DNA from: an uncultured Candidatus Saccharibacteria bacterium
Lineage (GTDB): Bacteria > Patescibacteriota > Minisyncoccia > Minisyncoccales > UBA5738
Assembly: GCA_964523275.1 (NCBI GenBank)
Contig: CAZFZI010000002.1
Location: forward strand, 3,217-35,636
DNA: 32,420 nucleotides
Reading direction: 5' to 3'
Positions 17,564-24,415 of this stretch are shown piece after piece. How positions within the stretch are numbered: position 1 is the stretch's first letter; every line of letters begins with the position of its first letter. The notes beneath the pieces were generated by a model that was not told where the DNA came from, did no database searches, and saw only the letters and a program-made list of their open reading frames with translations. Position numbers and translations under genes: made by a program.

Positions 17564-17652
17564 AAAGCGCAAAACTAAAAGCGCAAAGCGCAAAGCAAAA
17601 ATACGAATTCGTATTCCTGCTTTACTCTTTACACTTTATACTTTAAGTTTTT
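17561..17652. repeat. type B (GCGCAAAG) palindromic cassette, copy B4
   Basis: Nearly identical to B3 over about 88 nt. One substitution is visible in the arms (ttacactttaag becomes ttatactttaag), and there are small length differences at the two ends. Confidence 0.9.
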
Positions 17653-17654
17653 AT

Positions 17655-18221
17655 ATGGCTTCTTTATACGAAAAATATAAAAAAGAGACGGTGGCGGAAT
17701 TGATGAAACAGTTTGGCTATCGCAATCAGAATCAAGCGCCTCGAATTGAAAAGGCGACGGTTAATTGCGGTTTTGGACGAATGATTTCAGGAAAGACCAA
17801 AGATGAGCAAAGAAAAATACAAGAAGCGGTGGCGCGGGATTTAACTCAAATTTGCGGACAGCTCGCGGTGGTAACCAAGGCGCGCAAATCAATTGCCGGT
17901 TTCAAGATTCGCGAAGGCCAAAACATCGGCGCCAAAATCACCTTGCGCCGCGCCCGTATGTATGATTTTTTGGAGAGAACGATTTTTGTGGCGTTGCCTC
18001 GTTCCCGTGATTTTCAGGGAATTCCGGCCAGAGGAGTTGATCAAGATGGAAATTTGACTTTTGGAATAAAAGAACATATTGCGTTTCCGGAAGTTTCGCC
18101 CGAAAAAATCAATTTTATTTTCAGCTTTGAAGTTACGATCACGACTACCGCGCGTTCCCGGGAAGAAGGATTGGAAATGTTTAAGTTGCTGGGGTTTCCC
18201 ATCCAAAAAAATCAAAATTGA
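17655..18221 (+). CDS. rplE: 50S ribosomal protein L5
   Basis: The N-terminus LYEKYKKE..ELMKQFGY.N....PRIEK and the internal motif FGIKEHIAFPE are present. The start was moved to the ATG at 17655, because the ORF-track start reads through cassette B4. The gene ends with a TGA stop. Confidence 0.93.
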   Translation: MASLYEKYKKETVAELMKQFGYRNQNQAPRIEKATVNCGFGRMISGKTKDEQRKIQEAVARDLTQICGQLAVVTKARKSIAGFKIREGQNIGAKITLRRARMYDFLERTIFVALPRSRDFQGIPARGVDQDGNLTFGIKEHIAFPEVSPEKINFIFSFEVTITTTARSREEGLEMFKLLGFPIQKNQN

Positions 18222-18265
18222 AAAATCTGCGTTTTATGCGCGGATATTTAAACTTTAAATTTGAA
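18205..18265. repeat. type C cassette, short copy C3, overlapping the last 5 codons and stop of rplE
   Basis: aaaaaatcaaaattgaaaaatc (18205-18226) matches the left ends of C2 and C4. A hairpin atctgcg/cgcggat follows. The right end is atatttaaactttaaatttgaaac before the ATG. Confidence 0.75.
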
Positions 18266-18267
18266 AC

Positions 18268-18453
18268 ATGGCTACAAAAGCACAAATTGCAAAATCAAAA
18301 AGAACACCCAAATTCAAATGCCGGGTGGTGCGGAGATGCTTTCGTTGTGGACGAAAACACGGGTATATGAGAAAATTTGGTTTGTGCCGCATTTGTTTTC
18401 GTGAGGCGGCTAACCAAGGGTTGATCCCCGGCGTGTCAAAGAGCAGCTGGTAA
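18268..18453 (+). CDS. rpsN: 30S ribosomal protein S14, short zinc-binding (type Z) form
   Basis: The protein is 61 aa with CFRCGR...CRIC cysteines and C-terminal KSSW. Confidence 0.93.
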   Translation: MATKAQIAKSKRTPKFKCRVVRRCFRCGRKHGYMRKFGLCRICFREAANQGLIPGVSKSSW

Positions 18454-18456
18454 TGT

Positions 18457-18600
18457 TTTAAAAATCAAAGCACTAAATATCAAATTCTAAATAAATTCAA
18501 AATCCAAAATCAAAAATTAAAAACAAAACGCAGTGTTAAAGTTTTGAAATTTGAATTTTTAATTTGTTTAGAATTTGAAAATTAGAATTTAGAAATTAAT
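18457..18600. repeat. type A palindromic intergenic cassette (copy A10)
   Basis: Left arm is aaattctaaataaattcaaaatccaaaatcaaaaattaaaaac. Right arm is gttttgaaatttgaatttttaatttgtttagaatttgaaaattagaatttag. Confidence 0.8.
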
Positions 18601-18606
18601 TTAATT

Positions 18607-19011
18607 ATGGATACAGTCGCAAATATGTTAACCGTGATTCGCAACGCCCAAGCGGTGGCAAAACCGATGGTGGCCGTCCCTTATTCGCGTTTGAATTACG
18701 ACATCGCCAAGATTCTTGAAAGAAGGGGTTTTGTCGCGGGGGCGGAAAAAAGAAGCCGCAAGGTAAAGAAAAGCGCTAAAACCAGGCTTTGTTTGGAGAT
18801 TACGCTGAAATACACCGATAAAATTCCGGCGGTGGCCGGGTGCAAAAAAGTTTCCAAGTCCGGACAAAGGATTTATGTGGCGGCAAGCAATATCAAAAGA
18901 GTTAAGCAAGGGCGCGGTATTGGCATTATTTCAACTTCAAAGGGGCTGATGACTGAATACGACGCGAAGAAACAGAATATCGGCGGTGAAATGCTTTGCG
19001 AGATTTGGTAA
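18607..19011 (+). CDS. rpsH: 30S ribosomal protein S8
   Basis: DTVANMLTVIRNA N-terminus is present. Synteny supports the call. Confidence 0.95.
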   Translation: MDTVANMLTVIRNAQAVAKPMVAVPYSRLNYDIAKILERRGFVAGAEKRSRKVKKSAKTRLCLEITLKYTDKIPAVAGCKKVSKSGQRIYVAASNIKRVKQGRGIGIISTSKGLMTEYDAKKQNIGGEMLCEIW

Positions 19012-19014
19012 TAT

Positions 19015-19077
19015 AAAAAATCAAAATTGAAAAATCAAGAATCAAAATTTTTGATATTTAAATTTTAAATTTGAAAC
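19015..19077. repeat. type C cassette, short copy C4
   Basis: aaaaaatcaaaattgaaaaatcaagaatcaaaatttttgatatttaaattttaaatttgaaac runs directly into the rplF ATG. Confidence 0.8.
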
Positions 19078-19623
19078 ATGAGCAGAATAGGCAAAAAACC
19101 GATTATAATTCCCGCGGGAATCCAAGTGGAAATTGATGAATCGCTGGTGAAGGTGAAGGGCGTGAAAGGCGAGCTGGCTCGCGATTTCGGATCGCAGGTT
19201 TCGGTTATCAAAGAAGATGGCTTGCTGAAAGTTTTGCCCAAAAACGAAAGCAAATTCGCGCGCGCGATGTGGGGCACGGTGAGAATGCATCTGGCGAATA
19301 TGATTGAGGGAACAAGCAATGGCTTTGCCAAGCAGTTGCAGATTGAGGGCATTGGTTATCGCGCGGTTCTTGAAGGAGATAATTTGGTTTTGAATATGGG
19401 GTTCACTAATCCGGTTGCCATCGCCAAACCCGAGGATATTTCTTTTAAAGTGGAAAAAAATATTATTACTGTTTCCGGGTGTAATAAGGAATCAGTGGGA
19501 AAAGTTGCCGCGCAGATCCGCCGAGTGCGTCCGCCGGAACCCTATAAGGGCAAAGGTATTCGCTATGTCGGTGAAAAAGTGCGCCGGAAGGTGGGCAAGA
19601 AAGCTGCCGGGGCCGCCAAATAA
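19078..19623 (+). CDS. rplF: 50S ribosomal protein L6
   Basis: MSRIGKKPIIIPAGIQV N-terminus and a PEPYKGKGIRY motif are present. Confidence 0.95.
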   Translation: MSRIGKKPIIIPAGIQVEIDESLVKVKGVKGELARDFGSQVSVIKEDGLLKVLPKNESKFARAMWGTVRMHLANMIEGTSNGFAKQLQIEGIGYRAVLEGDNLVLNMGFTNPVAIAKPEDISFKVEKNIITVSGCNKESVGKVAAQIRRVRPPEPYKGKGIRYVGEKVRRKVGKKAAGAAK

Positions 19624-19710
19624 AAAAGCGCAAAGTTAAAAGCGCAAAGTTAAAAGCAAAAATACGAATCCGCATTTTTGTTTCACACTTTCCGCTTCAC
19701 ACTTTAAGAT
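19621..19710. repeat. type B (GCGCAAAG) palindromic cassette, copy B5
   Basis: taaaaaagcgcaaagttaaaagcgcaaagttaaaagcaaaaatacgaatccgcatttttgtttcacactttccgcttcacactttaag. It begins at the rplF TAA. Confidence 0.85.
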
Positions 19711-19716
19711 TTCAAG

Positions 19717-20103
19717 ATGAGCACTAGTAACAAAACACAACATAAATTGAAAAGAAGGGATGACCGGCACCGTCGCGTGCGCGCCAAGGTGGCGGGAGTG
19801 GCGTTGCGGCCCAGATTGTGCGTTTTTCGTTCCAACAAGCATATTTCCGTTCAATTGATTGATGATAAAAAAGGTGCCACTTTGGCGGCTTGCGATGATT
19901 TGAAAATTGCCGCCGGAACGACTGAAGCAAAAGACGGCTTGTCGTCAAAATGCGCTTTGGCCTTCGCGGTTGGGCTGGAAATAGCAAAAAAAGCGCAACA
20001 ATTAAAGATCACTGGCGCGGTTTTTGATCGCGGCGGATATCGTTATCATGGACGTGTGAAAAGTTTGGCTGACGGCGCGCGGCAAGGCGGACTTGAATTT
20101 TAA
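19717..20103 (+). CDS. rplR: 50S ribosomal protein L18
   Basis: RHRRVRAKV.G...RPRL.VFRSNKHI..Q.IDD and DRGGY.YHGRVK..ADGAR..GL.F are present. Confidence 0.95.
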   Translation: MSTSNKTQHKLKRRDDRHRRVRAKVAGVALRPRLCVFRSNKHISVQLIDDKKGATLAACDDLKIAAGTTEAKDGLSSKCALAFAVGLEIAKKAQQLKITGAVFDRGGYRYHGRVKSLADGARQGGLEF

Positions 20104-20188
20104 AAGCGCAAAGCTAAAAGCGCAAAGCTAAAAGCAAAAATACGAATCCGCATTCTTGCTTTATACTTTTCGCTTTACACTTTAAGAT
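20101..20188. repeat. type B (GCGCAAAG) palindromic cassette, copy B6
   Basis: taaaagcgcaaagctaaaagcgcaaagctaaaagcaaaaatacgaatccgcattcttgctttatacttttcgctttacactttaag. It begins at the rplR TAA. Confidence 0.85.
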
Positions 20189-20194
20189 TATTTT

Positions 20195-20887
20195 ATGGAG
20201 GCACCAAAAACAACGCAAACAACTCAAAACAGAAGCGCGGCAACGCCGACAGTTCCGGGCGCTGATCGCAAAAGATCGGGTTTTGGAGGACCGGGCGGAT
20301 TTTCAAGACCGAGAGGCGACAGCCGTTTTGGAGGCCGCGGCCGCGGCGGTTTTGGTCGTCGCGATGATGGCCGCAAAAAAGATAATTTTGATTCCAAATT
20401 GCTGGATTTGTCGCGAGTTTCACACACGCGCGCCGGCGGACGCCGTTTGCGTTTCCGCGCCATCATAGTTAGCGGCGATAAAGCGGGGAAGGTTGGATTG
20501 GGGGTGGCTTCGGGGTCGGATGTGGCGCAAGCGGTTGAAAAAGCTACCGCGCAATCCAAAAAAAATATGATTACGGTTCCCGTGGTTAAAGGAACCATTT
20601 CGCACGAAGTAATTGCCAAAGTTGGTCCGGCGCGAGTGATTGTCAAACCTCAGCGCAAAGGGCGGGGGTTGATGGCCGGTGGCGTGGTGCGCTTGCTTTG
20701 CCAGCTGGCGGGGATTAAGGATATTTCTTCAAAAGTGCTGGGAACCACAAAAAACAAGCTGAATAACGCGCGCGCGACAATGAAAGCGTTTGAATATTTG
20801 CAGATGCAATCGGCAAAAAGCGTTGATGGCGCGCAAACGGAGAAGGTTGAAAAATCGGAAGAAAAAGAAATCCCGGCCGTCCAATAA
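20195..20887 (+). CDS. rpsE: 30S ribosomal protein S5 with about 60-aa Arg/Gly-rich N-terminal extension and acidic C-terminal tail
   Basis: The S5 core is present (RVSHTRAGGRRLRFRAIIVSGD..G.VG.G). It is preceded by RSGFGGPGGFSRPRGDSRFGGRGRGGFGRRDDGRKK. Confidence 0.93.
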   Translation: MEAPKTTQTTQNRSAATPTVPGADRKRSGFGGPGGFSRPRGDSRFGGRGRGGFGRRDDGRKKDNFDSKLLDLSRVSHTRAGGRRLRFRAIIVSGDKAGKVGLGVASGSDVAQAVEKATAQSKKNMITVPVVKGTISHEVIAKVGPARVIVKPQRKGRGLMAGGVVRLLCQLAGIKDISSKVLGTTKNKLNNARATMKAFEYLQMQSAKSVDGAQTEKVEKSEEKEIPAVQ

Positions 20888-20913
20888 ACCAGATATTGAA
20901 ATTAACTATTTTT

Positions 20914-21345
20914 ATGCAGATACATCAATTAACCAAGACAGCTTCGGTCAAAATCAGGAAACGCATTGGCCGCGGCGGCAAACGGGGAACCTATTCCGGC
21001 CATGGAGGCAAGGGGCAGACTGCCCGCGCCGGAAGAAAATTTTGCCCGATCGTGCGAGAGGTTTTGAAACGCTATCCCAAATTGAGGGGTTATAAAAACA
21101 ACCCCGTGGGTTTTGCACCGGAGATTGTGAACGTTGGAATATTGGAAGCCAAATTTGGAAAAGGGGAAACAATCAGCCCTCGGGTTTTGGTTGAAAAAGA
21201 TATTGTTTGCCGTGTTGGCGGCAAATATCCAAAAGTGAAGATATTGGGCAAAGGCATTATTTCTAAAAATTTAAATCTTTGCGGGTGTGAAGTTTCCGCG
21301 TCTGCCAAAGAAAAGATTGAGAAAGCCGGCGGAACCATAAAATAA
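20914..21345 (+). CDS. rplO: 50S ribosomal protein L15
   Basis: The IGRGGKRGTYSGHGGKGQ motif is present. The ATG at 20914 is preferred over the TTG at 20896. It lies only 26 nt after rpsE, so no L30 gene fits between them. Confidence 0.93.
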   Translation: MQIHQLTKTASVKIRKRIGRGGKRGTYSGHGGKGQTARAGRKFCPIVREVLKRYPKLRGYKNNPVGFAPEIVNVGILEAKFGKGETISPRVLVEKDIVCRVGGKYPKVKILGKGIISKNLNLCGCEVSASAKEKIEKAGGTIK

Positions 21346-21487
21346 AAATCCCAAGAACCAAATCTCAAATCCCAAACAAAATCAAAAATCAAAATTCAAA
21401 AATTAAAACAAAAATCTTTCCGTTTTGGATTTGAAAATTTGATTTTTGAATTTATTTGAGATTTGGGATTTAGAATTTGGAATTTAA
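21346..21487. repeat. type A palindromic intergenic cassette (copy A13)
   Basis: Left arm is aaatctcaaatcccaaacaaaatcaaaaatcaaaattcaaaaattaaaac. Right arm is gttttggatttgaaaatttgatttttgaatttatttgagatttgggatttagaattt. It runs from the rplO TAA to 5 nt before the secY ATG. Confidence 0.8.
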
Positions 21488-21492
21488 ATTCA

Positions 21493-22779
21493 ATGTGGTA
21501 TCAAACAGTTATTCAAGTTTTCAGGATTAAAGAGCTTCGCGAAAAAATTTTATTTGTGCTGGGCGCTTTTGCGGTTTTTCGCCTGATGGCCAATATCCCG
21601 ATCACGGGGATTGACTCCGAACAGCTGGCGCGATTTTTCGGTGATTTTCAAATATTTCAATTGTTGGGCGCGTTCACCGGCGGTTCGCTGGATCGTTTTT
21701 CCATTGTGATGCTTGGGCTTGGTCCGTATATCACCGCGATTATTATTTTTCAGTTGCTGACGATGATTTTTCCGGCGTTGGAAAAAATGTATAAAGAAGA
21801 AGGCGAGGCCGGACGGGCGAAATTCAACCAATACGCGCGCATTGCCACTGTGCCGCTGGCGATGCTTCAGGGGTGGGCGATGATTTCTTTGTTGAGTGGT
21901 CCAAGCGCCAACATTTTGCGTTTTTCTTCCGTTTTGGAAATGATTGCCGCGCTGTTTATGATTGCGGCCGGTGCGATGTTGTTAATGTGGGTTGGAGAAT
22001 TGGTAACCGAAAGAGGTATTGGCAATGGCGTATCTTTGTTGATTTTCGCCGGTATTATGGCGGATTTTCCTCGCAATATCAGGCAAATGATTGAAGTTTA
22101 TGATTCTTCAATGGCTCCCGGCTATATTGCGTTTTTCGCGATGGCGATTGCGATGGTGGCCGCGGTGGTGCTGGTTAATGAAGCGCGGCGGAACATTCCC
22201 GTATCCTATGCCAAGCGCGTGCGGGGAACGAAAATGGCAGGAGGAGTTTCCACTTACTTGCCCTTGAATATCAATCCGGCGGGGGTGATTCCAATTATTT
22301 TCGCGCTTTCAATTCTAATTTTTCCGGCGATGGTGGCTCAATTTTTTGAATCGGCTGGCGGCTGGGTCGGAAGCGTGGCACAGACAACAATCAGTCTTTT
22401 TGCCACTGATAGCGCGTTCTATATGATTTCTTATTTTGCTTTGGTGGTGATGTTCACTTATTTTTACACCGCGGTAACTTTTGACCCCAAGCAAATTTCA
22501 AATAATTTGCAAAAGATGGGAGGATTTGTGCCCGGTATTCGCCCGGGACATCCCACTGCCAATTTTCTGCGCTATATTCTAAACAGAGTTTTATTATTGG
22601 GCGCGGTATTTTTGGGGCTCATTGCGATAATGCCGCAAATTATCGGGCCGTTCACCGGCGTTAACGCATTTTCCTTCTTGATCGGCGGCACATCGCTTTT
22701 GATCGCGGTAAGCGTTATCTTGGAAACAGTGCGTCAAATCAAAGCACAACTTCAAATGCGCGAATATGAAACTTTTTAA
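21493..22779 (+). CDS. secY: preprotein translocase subunit SecY
   Basis: The protein is a 10-TM type of 428 aa with LGLGPYITAIIIFQLL and GGVSLLIFAGI-like motifs. The ATG at 21493 is preferred, because the TTG at 21463 lies inside cassette A13. Confidence 0.95.
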   Translation: MWYQTVIQVFRIKELREKILFVLGAFAVFRLMANIPITGIDSEQLARFFGDFQIFQLLGAFTGGSLDRFSIVMLGLGPYITAIIIFQLLTMIFPALEKMYKEEGEAGRAKFNQYARIATVPLAMLQGWAMISLLSGPSANILRFSSVLEMIAALFMIAAGAMLLMWVGELVTERGIGNGVSLLIFAGIMADFPRNIRQMIEVYDSSMAPGYIAFFAMAIAMVAAVVLVNEARRNIPVSYAKRVRGTKMAGGVSTYLPLNINPAGVIPIIFALSILIFPAMVAQFFESAGGWVGSVAQTTISLFATDSAFYMISYFALVVMFTYFYTAVTFDPKQISNNLQKMGGFVPGIRPGHPTANFLRYILNRVLLLGAVFLGLIAIMPQIIGPFTGVNAFSFLIGGTSLLIAVSVILETVRQIKAQLQMREYETF

Positions 22780-23524
22780 CAAAGCGATTTTAAAAAATCT
22801 CAACGGCAATCAAGTTCAAAAAGCAATTTTACTTTTTGGCCCTCCGGGAGCAGGTAAGGGGACTCAATCCGAATTGCTGGCTTCCAAATTCTATTTTTAT
22901 AATCTGGATACCAGCCGGATCTTGGAAGAAAAATTCAAAAATGCCAAGCCTGGCGCTCATATTCAGATTGACGGCAAGCAATATTCTGTGGACGAAGAAC
23001 ACGCCAAAAGGAAGAAGGGAGTTTTATGTTCGGTGGAATTCACAGCCTTTTTGATGAACAAGCGGATTGCCGAAATCTACGAGCTGGGCAAATCGCTGAT
23101 TTTATCGGGCTCTCCAAGATCAATGGCTGAGGCCGAAATTGAAATGCCGGTTTTGGAAAAATTATACGGCAAAGAAAATATCCACATTTTTTTTCTTGAT
23201 TTACCGCAAGATCAGACCATTTTTCGCAACAGCAACCGCCGGATTTGCGAATTAATGCGTCATTCCATACTTTATATTCCGGAAAACGCTGATTTAAAGC
23301 GCTGTCCGCTTGACGGCTCGCGCTTGATGCACCGGGATTTGGACAATGTTTCCACCATCAAGGTGCGTTTGGCTGAATATGAAGAAACTGCCGCGCCCTT
23401 GGAAAATTATTATCGCAAAACAGGATATAATCTAAAAAAGATTAACGCCAATCAGTATGTGGAAAGTGTTTTTGACGATATTATTGCCGCGCTGGGTCCG
23501 TGTTTCAAAGTTTATGAAGTGTAA
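22766..23524 (+). CDS. adk: adenylate kinase (divergent, 252 aa)
   Basis: P-loop is GPPGAGKGTQ. The gene holds the canonical position after secY and overlaps the secY 3' end by 14 nt. Confidence 0.85.
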   Translation: MKLFNKAILKNLNGNQVQKAILLFGPPGAGKGTQSELLASKFYFYNLDTSRILEEKFKNAKPGAHIQIDGKQYSVDEEHAKRKKGVLCSVEFTAFLMNKRIAEIYELGKSLILSGSPRSMAEAEIEMPVLEKLYGKENIHIFFLDLPQDQTIFRNSNRRICELMRHSILYIPENADLKRCPLDGSRLMHRDLDNVSTIKVRLAEYEETAAPLENYYRKTGYNLKKINANQYVESVFDDIIAALGPCFKVYEV

Positions 23525-23530
23525 ATTTTA

Positions 23531-23558
23531 CTGCCCCCGCCTTGGCGGGGGCAGTTTT
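23531..23558 (+). terminator. strong GC-rich rho-independent terminator between adk and map
   Basis: ctgcccccgcc (23531-23541) pairs with ggcgggggcag (23544-23554). It is followed by tttt. Confidence 0.7.
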
Positions 23559-23568
23559 AACAAATTCA

Positions 23569-24348
23569 ATGATTACGATTAAAACCTCTGAAGAAATTGA
23601 AATTATGGCCGAGGGTGGTCAGCATTTAGCTTTGATTCTTGAAAAGTTAAAGCAAGAAACGAAGCCTGGAGTATCTACCTGGGAACTGGATGATTTGGCC
23701 ACGGATATGATCGCCAAAGCCGGTGGCAAGCCGTCTTTTTTGGGCGAGGGCGGTTATCCGGCGGTGATCTGTGTTTCCATTAACGATGAAGTGGTTCACG
23801 GGGTGCCTTCAAAAAAAAGAATCATCAAAGACGGCGATGTCGTGAGTTTGGACGCGGGGATGATTTATAAGGGGTTTCATACTGATATGGCCGCTACTGT
23901 CGCGGTGGGAGAAGTTGCTCCGGAATTGCGCCGGATGATAAAGGCGGTTAGAAAATCATTGAAATACGGCATCAAGAAGGCCCGTCAGGGGAATACTTTC
24001 GGCGATGTGGGCAATACTATTGAGCGTTATGTTGAAAGCCAAGGGTTCCATGTTGTGCGCGATTTGTGCGGCCACGGCATTGGCAAAAAATTGCACGAAG
24101 ATCCCCAAATTTTGAATTATGGCAAGCGACACAAGGGGCCGGTGATAAAAGCCGGAATGACGTTTTGTATTGAGCCGATGATCACCGCCGGCGATCCGGA
24201 GATTATTTTGGCGCGCGACAAACAAACCTACAAAATCAAAGACGGTAGCGTTGCCGTTCATTGGGAACACACTCTGGCGGTTTTTCCCGACGGTTGTCGC
24301 GCATTAACCCAATTGCCGGAAGCAGAAAATGAAATTGATGGCGAATAA
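23569..24348 (+). CDS. map: type I methionine aminopeptidase
   Basis: MITIKTSEEIEIM..., DVVSLDAG, HGIG, IEP and WEHT motifs are present. The ATG at 23569 is preferred, because the ORF-track TTG lies inside the terminator hairpin. Confidence 0.93.
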   Translation: MITIKTSEEIEIMAEGGQHLALILEKLKQETKPGVSTWELDDLATDMIAKAGGKPSFLGEGGYPAVICVSINDEVVHGVPSKKRIIKDGDVVSLDAGMIYKGFHTDMAATVAVGEVAPELRRMIKAVRKSLKYGIKKARQGNTFGDVGNTIERYVESQGFHVVRDLCGHGIGKKLHEDPQILNYGKRHKGPVIKAGMTFCIEPMITAGDPEIILARDKQTYKIKDGSVAVHWEHTLAVFPDGCRALTQLPEAENEIDGE

Positions 24349-24367
24349 CACGGGATAACCGGTTGCG

Positions 24368-24415
24368 GCGATGGTTCGCAAAAGTTTTGCTTTTGCGAAC
24401 CATCGCGGTTTTTGT
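24368..24415 (+). terminator. very strong rho-independent terminator after map
   Basis: A perfect 17-bp stem forms: gcgatggttcgcaaaag (24368-24384) with cttttgcgaaccatcgc (24390-24406). It is followed by ggtttttgttt. Confidence 0.8.

Noticed and set aside
14365-20188. The regularly recurring about 90-nt repeats could suggest a CRISPR array.
   Set aside because: The repeats are separated by complete conserved ribosomal-protein genes of very different lengths, not by short uniform spacers. They are long imperfect palindromes with variable sequence. No cas genes are present.
2235-21487. The cassettes could be classical MITEs or IS remnants.
   Set aside because: I could see no transposase fragment, no defined terminal inverted repeat distinct from the whole-element palindrome, and no target-site duplication. 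Mobility therefore remains only one hypothesis and is not called as a mobile_element.
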